DNA of 64,000 nucleotides from an uncultured Acidobacteriota bacterium (GTDB lineage Bacteria > Acidobacteriota > Vicinamibacteria > Vicinamibacterales > CAVVIG01): NCBI GenBank assembly GCA_963711795.1, contig CAVQFD010000007.1, positions 38,085-102,084 on the forward strand, read 5' to 3'. The position numbers were made by a program, and so were the translations under genes. The notes under the pieces were generated by a model. The model was given only the letters and a program-made list of their open reading frames with translations, was not told where the DNA came from and did no database searches. Of the stretch, positions 55,153 through 64,000 are shown piece by piece; within the stretch, counting starts at the first letter, position 1, and each line of letters begins with the position of its first letter.

Positions 55153-57870
55153 ATGCACGAATCCGAGCCCGATCCGTTCCAGCCCGGCGCCCTGTTTGCC
55201 GACCGCTACCGGCTGATTGCGCGCATTGGCCGCGGCGGAATGGGTGATGTCTGGCGCGCAGACGATCTCGTGCTCGAGACGCCGGTGGCCCTCAAGATCA
55301 TCCACTCGACGGGTCCAGACGCCCGCGCGCGCATCCTCAACGAAGTGCGTCTTGCCAGGCAGATCACGCATCCGTCCGTGTGCCGCGTGTTCGACGTCGG
55401 GGAGGGCGCCGGCCACGTGTTCCTGTCGATGGAGCTCGTGCAGGGCGAGGATCTCGCCACGCGCCTCAAGCGGGTCGGCCGCCTGCCGCCGAAGGAGGTC
55501 GTGGAGATCGCGCGGCAGTTGTGCGACGGCCTCGCCGCGGCCCACGCACAGGGCGTGCTGCACCGCGACCTGAAGCCGGCGAACGTCCTCATCGGCGACG
55601 GCGACCGCGTCAGGATTACCGACTTCGGAATCGCGACAACTGGAGACGGCACGGCGGAGGACCCGGCCGGTTCGCTCTGGTACATGGCGCCGGAACAGAT
55701 CACTCCGAACGCGACGCTTTCGGAGCGGACCGATCTCTACGCCCTGGGAGTGGTGCTCTACGAACTGGCCGTCGGTCAGCACCCGTGGCGTCAGCCCGGA
55801 AAGGGCTCCACCGCCCCCAGGCCTTCCACGCTGGCGCCAGGCCTCGATGCGCGGCTCGAGCGCGTGATCATGCGCGCGATCGCCGCCGATCCACGCGATC
55901 GGCCCGCCTCGGCCCTCGAGATGGCCGCGGCACTGCCGGGCGCGGCGCCGGTCGCACGGTGGGGTCGCTGGGGTTTCGCCGCCGTGGCGGCCGGATCCGC
56001 AGCGGCGGTCCTGGCGCTGGTGGTGTCCGTGTACTTTTCGCGGAGCACAGCGGCGCTGACCGGGCAGGACACGATCGTGCTCGCGGACTTTGCGAATGCG
56101 ACGGGCGACCCGGTCTTTGACGGCGCGCTCAAAGTTGCGCTGGCCGTGGCGCTGGAGCAGTCGCCGTTCCTCAAGGTGTTCCCCGACAGCGGTATCCGCG
56201 ACGCGCTGCAGCTGATGGACCGGCCCCAGAACGAGGCGATCACGCGGTCGGTCGCCCGCGAGATCGCTCAGCGCGAGCAGCTGAAGGCGTTCCTGGCCGG
56301 ATCGATCGCTGGCCTCGGCAAGAACTACGTGCTCTCGCTGGAGGCGGTCAACGCCGCGACCGGCGACGTGATGGCGCGGGAACAGGCCGAGGCCGGGAGC
56401 AAGGAGGACGTGCTCACGGCTCTGGGGGGCGCGGCCGCACGCCTGCGCGGGAGGCTCGGAGAATCGCTCGCGTCGATTCAGCAGTTCGACGTGCCGCTCG
56501 CGAGGGCCACGACCTCCTCGCTCGAGGCATTGCAGGCGTACTCGCGTGCGCTCGACGAGGGCACGGCGAACCCTCGGATGGAGGCGCTGCCTCACCTGCA
56601 GCGGGCCATCGCCTTCGATCCCGATTTCGCGCTCGCACACGCGATGACGGCCACGGTGTACGCCAACACGGGCCGCACGAGCCTGGCGCCCGAGTTCGCG
56701 CTGAAGGCCTTCGAACTGCGGGAGAGGGTCAGCGAGCGCGAGCGGTTTTTCATCACGTTCCGCTACCACCGCGACGCGACCCAGAACTGGGCCGAGGCAC
56801 TTGCGCTCACCAAGGCATGGACGACAACCTATCCCCGGGAGTCGTTCGCGTTCAACAGCCTGGGCGCGGCGCTCAGCCGCTTCGGCCAGTACGAGCAGGC
56901 GACTGCGCCGTTCTCCGAATCCATTCGACTCGATCCGCGGTTTACCGCTGCCTACTCCAATCTGGCCGTGGCGTATCTCGCGTTGAATCGTGTGGATGAC
57001 GCGAAGAAGGTGCTGCAGCAGGCCGAGGATCGAAAGATCACCTCGTCTCCAATCCGGCGCACCGCGTATCTCCTCGCGTTCCTGGCGGCCGACACATCGG
57101 CCATGGCGCGTCTCTTCAATGCGTCGGTCGGCGTCGGGCAGACCAACGCCGCATATGGCTGGCAGGCGCACACGTCGGCGTTCTCTGGACGCGTGCGCGA
57201 GGCCCACGAGCATTTTCGCCTGGGCGTCGAGCTGGCGGCGCAAGGGGGCTTCGACGAAGTGGCCGCCCAGCTGGCCCTCGAGGATGCGGAAGTGCACGCG
57301 CTCGTCGGCCAGTGTGCCGACGCGCGCACCGAAGTGTCCGGCGGCCTCGCTGCGAGCCGCGACAACTTCGCCCTCGAGCGTGCGAGCCGGGTACTGGCGT
57401 TCTGCGGCCGGCGCGCCGAGGCTGCCGACCTCCAGCGCGAGCTCGGCGAGCGATTTCCGGAGGCCACGCTCACACAGCGCGTCTCGATGCCGCTGACGAG
57501 TGCGACGCTGGCGATGGCACAGGGCGACACGGCCCGCGTCCTCGAGGTTCTCGAACCTCTCAGGCCGTACAATCGGACCCAGAAAGGGGAGTTCTGGCCG
57601 GCCTATCTACGAGGCCTCGCGCATCTCGGCCGGAAGGACGGCCGCGCGGCAGCCGCCGAGTTCCAAAGCATCCTCGACCACCGCGGCGAGTACCCCAATG
57701 CGTTTCTCTATCCGCTCGCGCATCTCGGTGCGGCGCGGAGCGCGATGCTCCTGGGCGACACCGCGGCAGCGCGAGCGGCCTACGATGCGTTCTTCAGCCT
57801 CTGGAACGGGGCAGACGCCGACCTGGCTCCGCTTGTTGCCGCCCGCCGGGAAGCAGCGCGAATCCCCTAG
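55153..57870 (+). CDS. Membrane Ser/Thr protein kinase with TPR-rich C-terminal region
   Basis: GRGGMG, VALK, HRDLKPAN, DFG, YMAPE, TM helix, TPR-like helices. Confidence 0.93.
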   Translation: MHESEPDPFQPGALFADRYRLIARIGRGGMGDVWRADDLVLETPVALKIIHSTGPDARARILNEVRLARQITHPSVCRVFDVGEGAGHVFLSMELVQGEDLATRLKRVGRLPPKEVVEIARQLCDGLAAAHAQGVLHRDLKPANVLIGDGDRVRITDFGIATTGDGTAEDPAGSLWYMAPEQITPNATLSERTDLYALGVVLYELAVGQHPWRQPGKGSTAPRPSTLAPGLDARLERVIMRAIAADPRDRPASALEMAAALPGAAPVARWGRWGFAAVAAGSAAAVLALVVSVYFSRSTAALTGQDTIVLADFANATGDPVFDGALKVALAVALEQSPFLKVFPDSGIRDALQLMDRPQNEAITRSVAREIAQREQLKAFLAGSIAGLGKNYVLSLEAVNAATGDVMAREQAEAGSKEDVLTALGGAAARLRGRLGESLASIQQFDVPLARATTSSLEALQAYSRALDEGTANPRMEALPHLQRAIAFDPDFALAHAMTATVYANTGRTSLAPEFALKAFELRERVSERERFFITFRYHRDATQNWAEALALTKAWTTTYPRESFAFNSLGAALSRFGQYEQATAPFSESIRLDPRFTAAYSNLAVAYLALNRVDDAKKVLQQAEDRKITSSPIRRTAYLLAFLAADTSAMARLFNASVGVGQTNAAYGWQAHTSAFSGRVREAHEHFRLGVELAAQGGFDEVAAQLALEDAEVHALVGQCADARTEVSGGLAASRDNFALERASRVLAFCGRRAEAADLQRELGERFPEATLTQRVSMPLTSATLAMAQGDTARVLEVLEPLRPYNRTQKGEFWPAYLRGLAHLGRKDGRAAAAEFQSILDHRGEYPNAFLYPLAHLGAARSAMLLGDTAAARAAYDAFFSLWNGADADLAPLVAARREAARIP

Positions 57871-57969
57871 CCCGCGTCAGGTCAGCCGTTGGTCGGCGGC
57901 GCCCAAGGAGCACGTTCTGCTCAAGGTAGACTCACGGGCGTGGGCGGCTCCTCTCTGGACGATCGGGGT

Positions 57970-58410
57970 GTGATCGTTTCCTGCGCAGCATGCGGCAAGT
58001 CCAATCGCCTCGCATTCGATCGCCTTGGGCTGAAGACGCGGTGCGGCCATTGCCACAGCGATCTCCCGCCTCCGGCCGAGCCGGTGCCGGTCGGTTCAAC
58101 GGCAGTGTTCGATGCGCTCGTCGGCCGATCGCGCCTCCCGGTGCTGGTGGACTTCTGGGCCGACTGGTGCGGCCCGTGCCGGATGGTCGCTCCCCAGGTC
58201 GAGCTGGTGGCCCGGAAGAATGCAGGGCGCCTGCTCGTCGCGAAGGTGGACACTGAAGCCGTGTCCGACCTCGCGTCGCGCCTCGCCGTCCGCTCGATAC
58301 CTACCCTGGCAGTCTTTACCGGCGGGCGTGAGGCGCGCCGGACCGCGGGCGCTATGCCAGCCGACCAGATCGAAGCCTTCGTCGCCGACGCCACCTCGCC
58401 CGGTCGCTGA
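57970..58410 (+). CDS. trxC: Thioredoxin 2 (zinc finger plus Trx)
   Basis: CAAC...CGHC, VDFWADWCGPC, SIPTL. Confidence 0.9.
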   Translation: MIVSCAACGKSNRLAFDRLGLKTRCGHCHSDLPPPAEPVPVGSTAVFDALVGRSRLPVLVDFWADWCGPCRMVAPQVELVARKNAGRLLVAKVDTEAVSDLASRLAVRSIPTLAVFTGGREARRTAGAMPADQIEAFVADATSPGR

Positions 58411-58518
58411 ACACCCCTCCTCTTCCTTCCAACATCCGCGCGGCTCGCCCGCCCGTAGGGAAAGGCACGGCAATCCGGGTAACGCGGCGGCCGGCCGTTC
58501 CGCCGCAGGAGGCAGAGC

Positions 58519-59985
58519 ATGAGACGAGGAATGAAAGCAGCGACGGCGGTAGCGCTCCTGGCCCTGACGGGAGTCGCGGTCGATGGCTCCAGCCATCGCG
58601 AGGCGCCAGGGATCACCAAGACCCCGAAGGTCGACGGGACGGACTTCTACATGTTCCGGAGCTACGAGTCCGGCCGTGCGGGGTACGTGACGCTCGCCGC
58701 GAACTACGTACCGCTACAGGACGTGTACGGCGGTCCGAACTTCTTCACGCTGGATCCCGACGCCGTCTACGAGATCCACGTGGACAACACCGGCGACGGC
58801 CGGGAGGACATCACCTTCCAGTTCCAGGCGAGAAACCGTTCGCGGGATCTCTCCGTGCCGGTCGGGGATCGCATGGTGGCGATACCGCTCGTGAACATCG
58901 GCGGCATCGGGCCGGCTGCCGACGACAATGCCAACCTCAACGTGCTCGAGACCTACTCGGTCACGATGATCCGCGGCGACCGGCGCTTCGGCCGGCGGGA
59001 TGCGATCAGAAACGCCGCCGACGGCCGCACGACGTTCCGGAAACCGGTCGATCGCATCGGCGACAAGTCGCTGCGGGACAACAACCCCGCGTCGTACGCC
59101 GCTTATGCCGACAACCATATCTACAACGTCAAGATCCCTGGATGCGGTGACGGCAGGGTCTTCGTTGGCCAGCGCCGGGAAGGGTTTGTCGTGAACCTCG
59201 CCGAGGCGTTCGATCTCATCAACACGAATCCGCTCGGTCCGGTCGATGCCGAAGAGAACGTGCTCGCGGACAAGAACATCACCACGATGGCGGTCGAAGT
59301 CCCTGTTGCCTGCCTCACCTCAGGCAAGGATCCCGTGATCGGCGCGTGGACGACCTCGAGCATCGATCTCACGGCCGCCTTCGGCGACCTCCGGCTGTGG
59401 AAGCAGGTGTCGCGCCTCGGGAGCCCCCTTGTCAACGAGCTGGTGATCGGCCTCAAGGACAAAGACACGTTCAACGCGAGCGAGCCGAAGGACGATGCGC
59501 AGTTTGCGGAGTATGTGACGCATCCGACGCTGCCGTTCCTCATCGAGGCGCTCTTCGGCGTGGCGCAGCCGCTCACGCCGCGCAACGACCTCGTGCAGGT
59601 CTTCCTGACGGGCGTTCCCGGCCTCAACCAGCCGGCCCGCGTCCGGCCCGCCGAAATGCTTCGGCTGAACACGTCCATCGCTCCGGTTGCGCCAGCGGCA
59701 CAGAACCCGCTCGGCGTGCTCGGAGGCGACGTCGCGGGCTTCCCGAACGGACGCCGGCCTGGTGACGATGTCGTCGACATCGCGCTGCGTGCCGCGGAGG
59801 GGATCCTCCTGTCGCCCAATCCGGCAGCGTTTCCGGCGATTACCGACGGCGCGTTCGTCAACGCGACGATTGCTTACACGCCGGACGGTGTGATCACGCC
59901 GAGCGCTGACTTCAGGCTTTTCCGCGACGTGTTTCCGTATCTGCAGACGCCGCTGGCGGGATCGCCCAACCCCACGCACCAGTAG
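58519..59985 (+). CDS. DUF4331 domain secreted protein
   Basis: SSHREAP, DFYMFRSYE, QVSRLGSPLVNEL, GFPNGRRPGDDVVD, FPYL. Confidence 0.88.
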   Translation: MRRGMKAATAVALLALTGVAVDGSSHREAPGITKTPKVDGTDFYMFRSYESGRAGYVTLAANYVPLQDVYGGPNFFTLDPDAVYEIHVDNTGDGREDITFQFQARNRSRDLSVPVGDRMVAIPLVNIGGIGPAADDNANLNVLETYSVTMIRGDRRFGRRDAIRNAADGRTTFRKPVDRIGDKSLRDNNPASYAAYADNHIYNVKIPGCGDGRVFVGQRREGFVVNLAEAFDLINTNPLGPVDAEENVLADKNITTMAVEVPVACLTSGKDPVIGAWTTSSIDLTAAFGDLRLWKQVSRLGSPLVNELVIGLKDKDTFNASEPKDDAQFAEYVTHPTLPFLIEALFGVAQPLTPRNDLVQVFLTGVPGLNQPARVRPAEMLRLNTSIAPVAPAAQNPLGVLGGDVAGFPNGRRPGDDVVDIALRAAEGILLSPNPAAFPAITDGAFVNATIAYTPDGVITPSADFRLFRDVFPYLQTPLAGSPNPTHQ

Positions 59986-60062
59986 ACCGACGTGAGCCGG
60001 CGCGCTGGAGGGAGCCATGCCTGGCACTCTCCGGCGCCGGCTGATGCCAGGAGGATCACCAG

Positions 60063-60878
60063 ATGCGACCCGTGCTGCTGATCGCGTTCGTCCTTACCGC
60101 CGCCCTTTCCGCCACGCCGGCCGCGGCCCACGATCTGTGGATGGAAGCGACCACGTTTCGCCCCGAACCCGGCGCCGTCGTGGGTGTCCGGCTCCGCGTC
60201 GGCGACCACCTGCAGGGCGAGCCGGTGCCGCGGGATCCCGCACTCCTCAAACAGTTCTTCATCGTGGATTCGGCTCGGCGCGCGCCGGTCGTCGGCCGTG
60301 ACGGCGCGGATCCGGCGGGGCTGTTCAGAGCGGCGCCCGGCCTGCAGATTGTCGGCTATGCGAGCCATCCGAGCCCGCTGGTGCTGACGCCGGAGAAGTT
60401 CGCGCAGTACGTGAAGGAAGAGGGCCTCGAAGCGATCGCTGCGCAGCGGGCCAGCCAGACGGCGGGCCGTCAGGTGCGCGAAGTGTTCTCGCGATCGGCG
60501 AAGGCGCTCGTGCTGACCGGCCCTCCCGAACGAGGCCAGAGCGATCGTGTCATCGGCCTGCCGCTCGAGCTCGTGGCCGAGCGCAATCCCTACGCGCTCT
60601 GGCCGCACGAGGAACTGCCTGTCAGGTTGCTATACCAGAACCAGCCGCTCGCCGGCGCGCTCGTCATGGCCGTGAACAGGCTGAACCCCGGCCACGTCCT
60701 GAAGGCCAGGTCAGACGCCGAGGGCCGGGTGAAGTTCGTGCTTCCCGTGTCCGGGCTGTGGCTGATCAAGGCCGTGCACATGATCCCGGCTCCGGATCAG
60801 ACGAAGGCCGACTGGGCGAGCGTGTGGGCCTCGCTGACTTTCGAGCTGGTCGCCGCGGCGCCGGCGAATACGCCATGA
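60063..60878 (+). CDS. DUF4198 domain periplasmic protein
   Basis: Signal AAA then HDLW, GLPLELV..NPY, GLWLIKAVHM, WASLTF. Confidence 0.85.
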   Translation: MRPVLLIAFVLTAALSATPAAAHDLWMEATTFRPEPGAVVGVRLRVGDHLQGEPVPRDPALLKQFFIVDSARRAPVVGRDGADPAGLFRAAPGLQIVGYASHPSPLVLTPEKFAQYVKEEGLEAIAAQRASQTAGRQVREVFSRSAKALVLTGPPERGQSDRVIGLPLELVAERNPYALWPHEELPVRLLYQNQPLAGALVMAVNRLNPGHVLKARSDAEGRVKFVLPVSGLWLIKAVHMIPAPDQTKADWASVWASLTFELVAAAPANTP

Positions 60879-60885
60879 TGTCGCT

Positions 60886-61563
60886 GTGGCGCCGCACGCG
60901 TTTTCACCGTCCTCGAAAAGCCGGCTGACCGAACGGGACCTGGGCCGCTTTGCCGGCCGGACGTTGTTCGATCGGATCGGGCGCGCTGTCTGCCACGCAG
61001 GCTGCCTGCCGCGCAAGGAACTGTACGAGGCGTGGGAGGTCGCGCGGCGCACCCGGCGGCTGTTCCGCGGCGGGCGGGTAGTGGATCTGGCTGCGGGGCA
61101 TGGATTGCTCGCACACATCCTGCTGCTGCTCGACGATGCTTCGCCCTCCGGTCTGGCCGTTGACGTGACTGTTCCGCCTTCGAGCGCGAAGCTGCAGCGG
61201 GCGCTCACGGACGCCTGGCCCAGGCTCGCCGGCCGCGTGGCGACCGTCGAAGGCGCGATCGAGGGCATCGAGCTCGGACCTGATGACGTCGTGGTTTCGA
61301 GCCACGCCTGCGGTGCGCTCACCGATCTCATCCTCGAGCGCGCCATGGCGGCCGGCGCGAGGGTCGCAGTGCTGCCGTGCTGTCAGGATCTGGCGGTGTG
61401 CGATGCGGGGCAGCTGACAGGCTGGCTCGACGGGCCGCTCGCCGTCGACGTGCGGCGGGCGCTCCGCCTCGAGCAGCGGGGCTACCGGGTGTGGACGCAG
61501 ACCATTCCGTCCGAGATCACGCCGAAGAACCGGCTGCTCCTTGCGGCGCCTGTCGTATCCTGA
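60886..61563 (+). CDS. SAM-dependent methyltransferase
   Basis: VVDLAAGHGLL, SHACGALTD, VLPCC, ITPKN. Confidence 0.85.
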   Translation: MAPHAFSPSSKSRLTERDLGRFAGRTLFDRIGRAVCHAGCLPRKELYEAWEVARRTRRLFRGGRVVDLAAGHGLLAHILLLLDDASPSGLAVDVTVPPSSAKLQRALTDAWPRLAGRVATVEGAIEGIELGPDDVVVSSHACGALTDLILERAMAAGARVAVLPCCQDLAVCDAGQLTGWLDGPLAVDVRRALRLEQRGYRVWTQTIPSEITPKNRLLLAAPVVS

Positions 61564-61614
61564 GGCGCGGGAGCGCCCTTACGTTCGAGAGCGCTCAACG
61601 GGCGCCGTCGGCAC

Positions 61615-61730
61615 GTTCAGGGTTCAAGGTTCAACGTTCAAGGTTCGGAATTCAAGGTATTGGACATGGAGCACCCAGAACCCAGAACCAGCACCTTGAA
61701 CCCTGAACCCTGAACCCTGAACGTTGAACC
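61615..61730. repeat. Inverted pair of heptamer arrays (GTTCAAG / CYTGAAC)
   Basis: Left arm GTTCAGG GTTCAAG GTTCAAC GTTCAAG GTTCGGA ATTCAAG; right arm CTTGAAC CCTGAAC CCTGAAC CCTGAAC GTTGAAC. Confidence 0.85.
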
Positions 61731-61766
61731 TGATGGTTCAGACGGTGACGCACCAGGAGCCGAAGA

Positions 61767-61830
61767 CCAAGGCCGCCCAAGGACCAAGGACTAAGGCCCG
61801 CCCAAGGACCAAGGCCTAAGGCCCAAGGAC
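61767..61830. repeat. Degenerate heptamer array, CCAAGGA type
   Basis: CCAAGGC CGC CCAAGGA CCAAGGA CTAAGGC CCGC CCAAGGA CCAAGGC CTAAGGC CCAAGGA C. Confidence 0.85.
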
Positions 61831-61848
61831 TTGTAAAGGAGGCAGTTT

Positions 61849-62319
61849 TTGCCGCGACGATTCTGGTTGATGAAGTGCGAGCCTGCCGCGTACACGATCG
61901 ATGACCTGGCGAGAGACGGCAGCACCAGCTGGGAGGGTGTGAGGAACTATCAGGCGCGCAACTTCATGCGCGACCAGATGCAGGTGGGCGACGGGGTGCT
62001 CTTCTACGCGTCGAATGCCGATCCGTCGGGCGTGACTGGGCTGGCGGCGATTGCGCGCGCCGGTTATCCCGATCCGTTCGCGCTGAAGAAAGGGCACAAG
62101 TACTTCGATCCGGACAGCAAGAAGGATTCGCCGGTCTGGTACATGGTGGACATTGCGTTCGAGGAACGCTTCCCGGAGATCGTGCCGCTGGAGACGCTCA
62201 AGGCCACAAAAGGGCTGGAGAAGATGGTCGTCACCCAGAAGGGCAGCCGGCTCTCGGTGCAACCCGTCACCAAACCCGAATACGACATCGTCGTCAGGCT
62301 GGGCCGGGCGAAGCGATAA
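61849..62319 (+). CDS. EVE domain protein
   Basis: WLMKCEP, WEGVRNYQARNFMR, GDGVLFY, SRLSVQPV; AGGAGG RBS, TTG start. Confidence 0.92.
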   Translation: MPRRFWLMKCEPAAYTIDDLARDGSTSWEGVRNYQARNFMRDQMQVGDGVLFYASNADPSGVTGLAAIARAGYPDPFALKKGHKYFDPDSKKDSPVWYMVDIAFEERFPEIVPLETLKATKGLEKMVVTQKGSRLSVQPVTKPEYDIVVRLGRAKR

Positions 62320-63571
62320 CGTCCCGTGTGAGGGATGTGCGGAACGTCTGGCGGCCGATGGTCAGAAACGCCGCCCCTGCCACGACACACAGCAATCCGG
62401 CGGTCCAGAAGGCGAGCCGGTAGTCGCCGAGCGACGAGCGAATCGCGCCCGCGCCAAACGCGGCGAGCGACGCTCCCAGCTGATGGCTCGCGCTGATCCA
62501 TCCGTACACGACACCCGTGTTCTCCCGGCCGAACGCGTCGCCGGTGAGCCGCACGGTCGGCGGCACGGTGGCAATCCAGTCCAGTCCGTAGAAGACGGCG
62601 AACCAGCCGAGGTTGTCGGCGCCCTGCTGGAGCGTGAACGGCAGGTAGAGGAGCGCCAGGCCGCGCAGCGTGTAGTAGCCAAACAGCAGATGGCGGCTCG
62701 AGTACCGATCCGTCAGCCAGCCCGAGGCGGTCGTGCCGATGATGTCGAAGATCCCCATCATCGCGAGCAGCTGGGCCGAGCGGATCTGGGGGATGCCGTA
62801 GTCGTGACACGCGGCTATGAGATGTGTCCCGATGAGGCCGTTGGTGCTGGCGCCGCAGATGAAGAACGTGCCCGCAAGAATCCAGAACGCGCGCGAACGG
62901 CTCGCCTGCGCGAGTGCGGCAAGGGGCGCGAGACGTGGCGCCGACGGCCCTGAAGAAGCTCCCGGGGCCTGGCCGTACGGAAGAAGCCCGAGGTCCGACG
63001 GCCGATCGCGCATGAAGACGGCCACGATGCCGAACACCACGACGGCGGCGCCCGAGACAATCCACGCCGCGGAGCGCCAGCCTCTGGCGGCGACAACAGT
63101 CGCAAGCAGCGGGAGAAACACCAGCTGGCCCGTCGCATTGGCCGCGGAGAGGGCGCCCAGCACGACGCCGCGCCGCTCGTCGAACCACCGGGTGGCGACG
63201 ATGGCGGCGAGGACCATTGACGTGACGCCGGTGCCCGTGCCGACAAGGACCCCCCAGAGAAGCGTCAGCTGCCACTGTTGGCGCATCGCGGTCGTGAGCG
63301 CGACCGACAACGCGAGCAAAGCCAGGGCGGCAAGCACTACCCTGCGAAGGCCGAACCGGTCCATCACAGACGCGGCGAATGGCCCGATGAGGCCGAAGAG
63401 CGCGATGTTGATGGCGACGGCGAGCGAGATGGCGGCGCGGTTCCAACCGAACTCCTCCTCGAGCGGCACCATCAGCAGGCCGGGCGTGGCGCGGACGCCG
63501 GCCGTGACGAGCAGGACGACGAAGGTGACGGCGGCGACGATCCAGCCGTAGTGCACCCTCGGCGGGGCCAT
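62294..63571 (-). CDS. MFS transporter
   Basis: About 12 hydrophobic helices, MDRFGLRR, WFDERRG, FFICGASTNG, YGLDWIATVPPT. Confidence 0.92.
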   Translation of the reverse strand: MAPPRVHYGWIVAAVTFVVLLVTAGVRATPGLLMVPLEEEFGWNRAAISLAVAINIALFGLIGPFAASVMDRFGLRRVVLAALALLALSVALTTAMRQQWQLTLLWGVLVGTGTGVTSMVLAAIVATRWFDERRGVVLGALSAANATGQLVFLPLLATVVAARGWRSAAWIVSGAAVVVFGIVAVFMRDRPSDLGLLPYGQAPGASSGPSAPRLAPLAALAQASRSRAFWILAGTFFICGASTNGLIGTHLIAACHDYGIPQIRSAQLLAMMGIFDIIGTTASGWLTDRYSSRHLLFGYYTLRGLALLYLPFTLQQGADNLGWFAVFYGLDWIATVPPTVRLTGDAFGRENTGVVYGWISASHQLGASLAAFGAGAIRSSLGDYRLAFWTAGLLCVVAGAAFLTIGRQTFRTSLTRDVIASPGPA

Positions 63572-63573
63572 GG

Positions 63574-64000
63574 TCAGGCGCGTCCGGCGAACTCAAGGGT
63601 CTCGGTGTGCACCTTCACGCGTTCGCCTTCGTTGACAAAGAGCGGCACGCGAATCTCGAGCCCGGTCTCGAGCGTGGCGGCCTTGGTCACGCCCCCGCTG
63701 GCGGTATCACCGCGTACACCCGGCTCGGTGGAGGTGACGGTCAGCTCGACGTGCGGCGGAAACTGGAGGCCGATGGCGTTGCCGTTGTACCGCGTAATCT
63801 GCAGCGTGAGGTTGTCCACCAGCAACTTGCGGTCGTCGCCCACGCGGTCGGGCCTGAGCGTGATCGTTTCGAAGCTGGCCTGATCCATGAAGTGGCAGCC
63901 CTCGCTGTCCGAGTAGAGAAACGAGGCCGTGATGGTATCGAGATCCGGCTCGCTGAACTTCTCGCCGGCCTTGAAGGTGCGGTCGAAGACCGACTTCGTG
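63574..64000 (-). CDS. efp: Translation elongation factor P family (5' part outside window)
   Basis: FMDQASFE, TEPGVRGDTASGGVTKAATLETG, VPLFVNEGE. Confidence 0.92.
   Translation of the reverse strand, partial: TKSVFDRTFKAGEKFSEPDLDTITASFLYSDSEGCHFMDQASFETITLRPDRVGDDRKLLVDNLTLQITRYNGNAIGLQFPPHVELTVTSTEPGVRGDTASGGVTKAATLETGLEIRVPLFVNEGERVKVHTETLEFAGRA

Noticed and set aside
53500-57297. 1265-aa minus-strand ORF (likewise 802-3210 and other long antisense ORFs)
   Set aside because: Antisense shadows of well-supported genes, expected in high-GC DNA; no recognisable motifs
55153-57870. Ser/Thr kinase-TPR protein as unusual
   Set aside because: Common architecture in Acidobacteria with intact canonical motifs
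61615-61830. Repeat region as a CRISPR array
   Set aside because: Units are 7 nt with no unique spacers and no cas genes are present
61849-62319. EVE protein and upstream methyltransferase as a defence or restriction system
   Set aside because: EVE is stand-alone with no nuclease, and the methyltransferase lacks DNA MTase motifs such as DPPY/NPPY or PCQ

Overview
High-GC bacterial chromosomal window with about 57 protein genes. It has no rRNA, tRNA, CRISPR array or recognisable mobile element. The PadR plus two ADOP-type permeases, tandem DUF885 genes and a Ser/Thr kinase-TPR gene suggest Acidobacteriota, probably Vicinamibacteria (inference). Many genes in 4.6-11.9, 14.0-18.3 and 37.2-38.1 kb are broken by single-base indels that look like long-read consensus errors. 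Family names come from motif recognition, not from database searches. The standout is a locus at about 14.0-27.6 kb. It holds a DcaP-like porin, a secreted type II asparaginase with an OprO/P-like porin, an Fe-S L-serine dehydratase that unusually carries a twin-arginine lipoprotein signal, another beta-barrel and an ABM-domain protein. Four sigma-54 (-24/-12) promoter motifs head these units, and a GAFTGA enhancer-binding protein, AraC and two-component genes lie next door. I read it as a candidate periplasmic amino-acid deamination (ammonia-release) system. Other notable items are dispersed intergenic heptamer arrays (one arranged as a long inverted repeat), an internally deleted porin, paired ArsR-type operators, and a DUF4331/DUF4198 pair with predicted N-terminal His metal sites.
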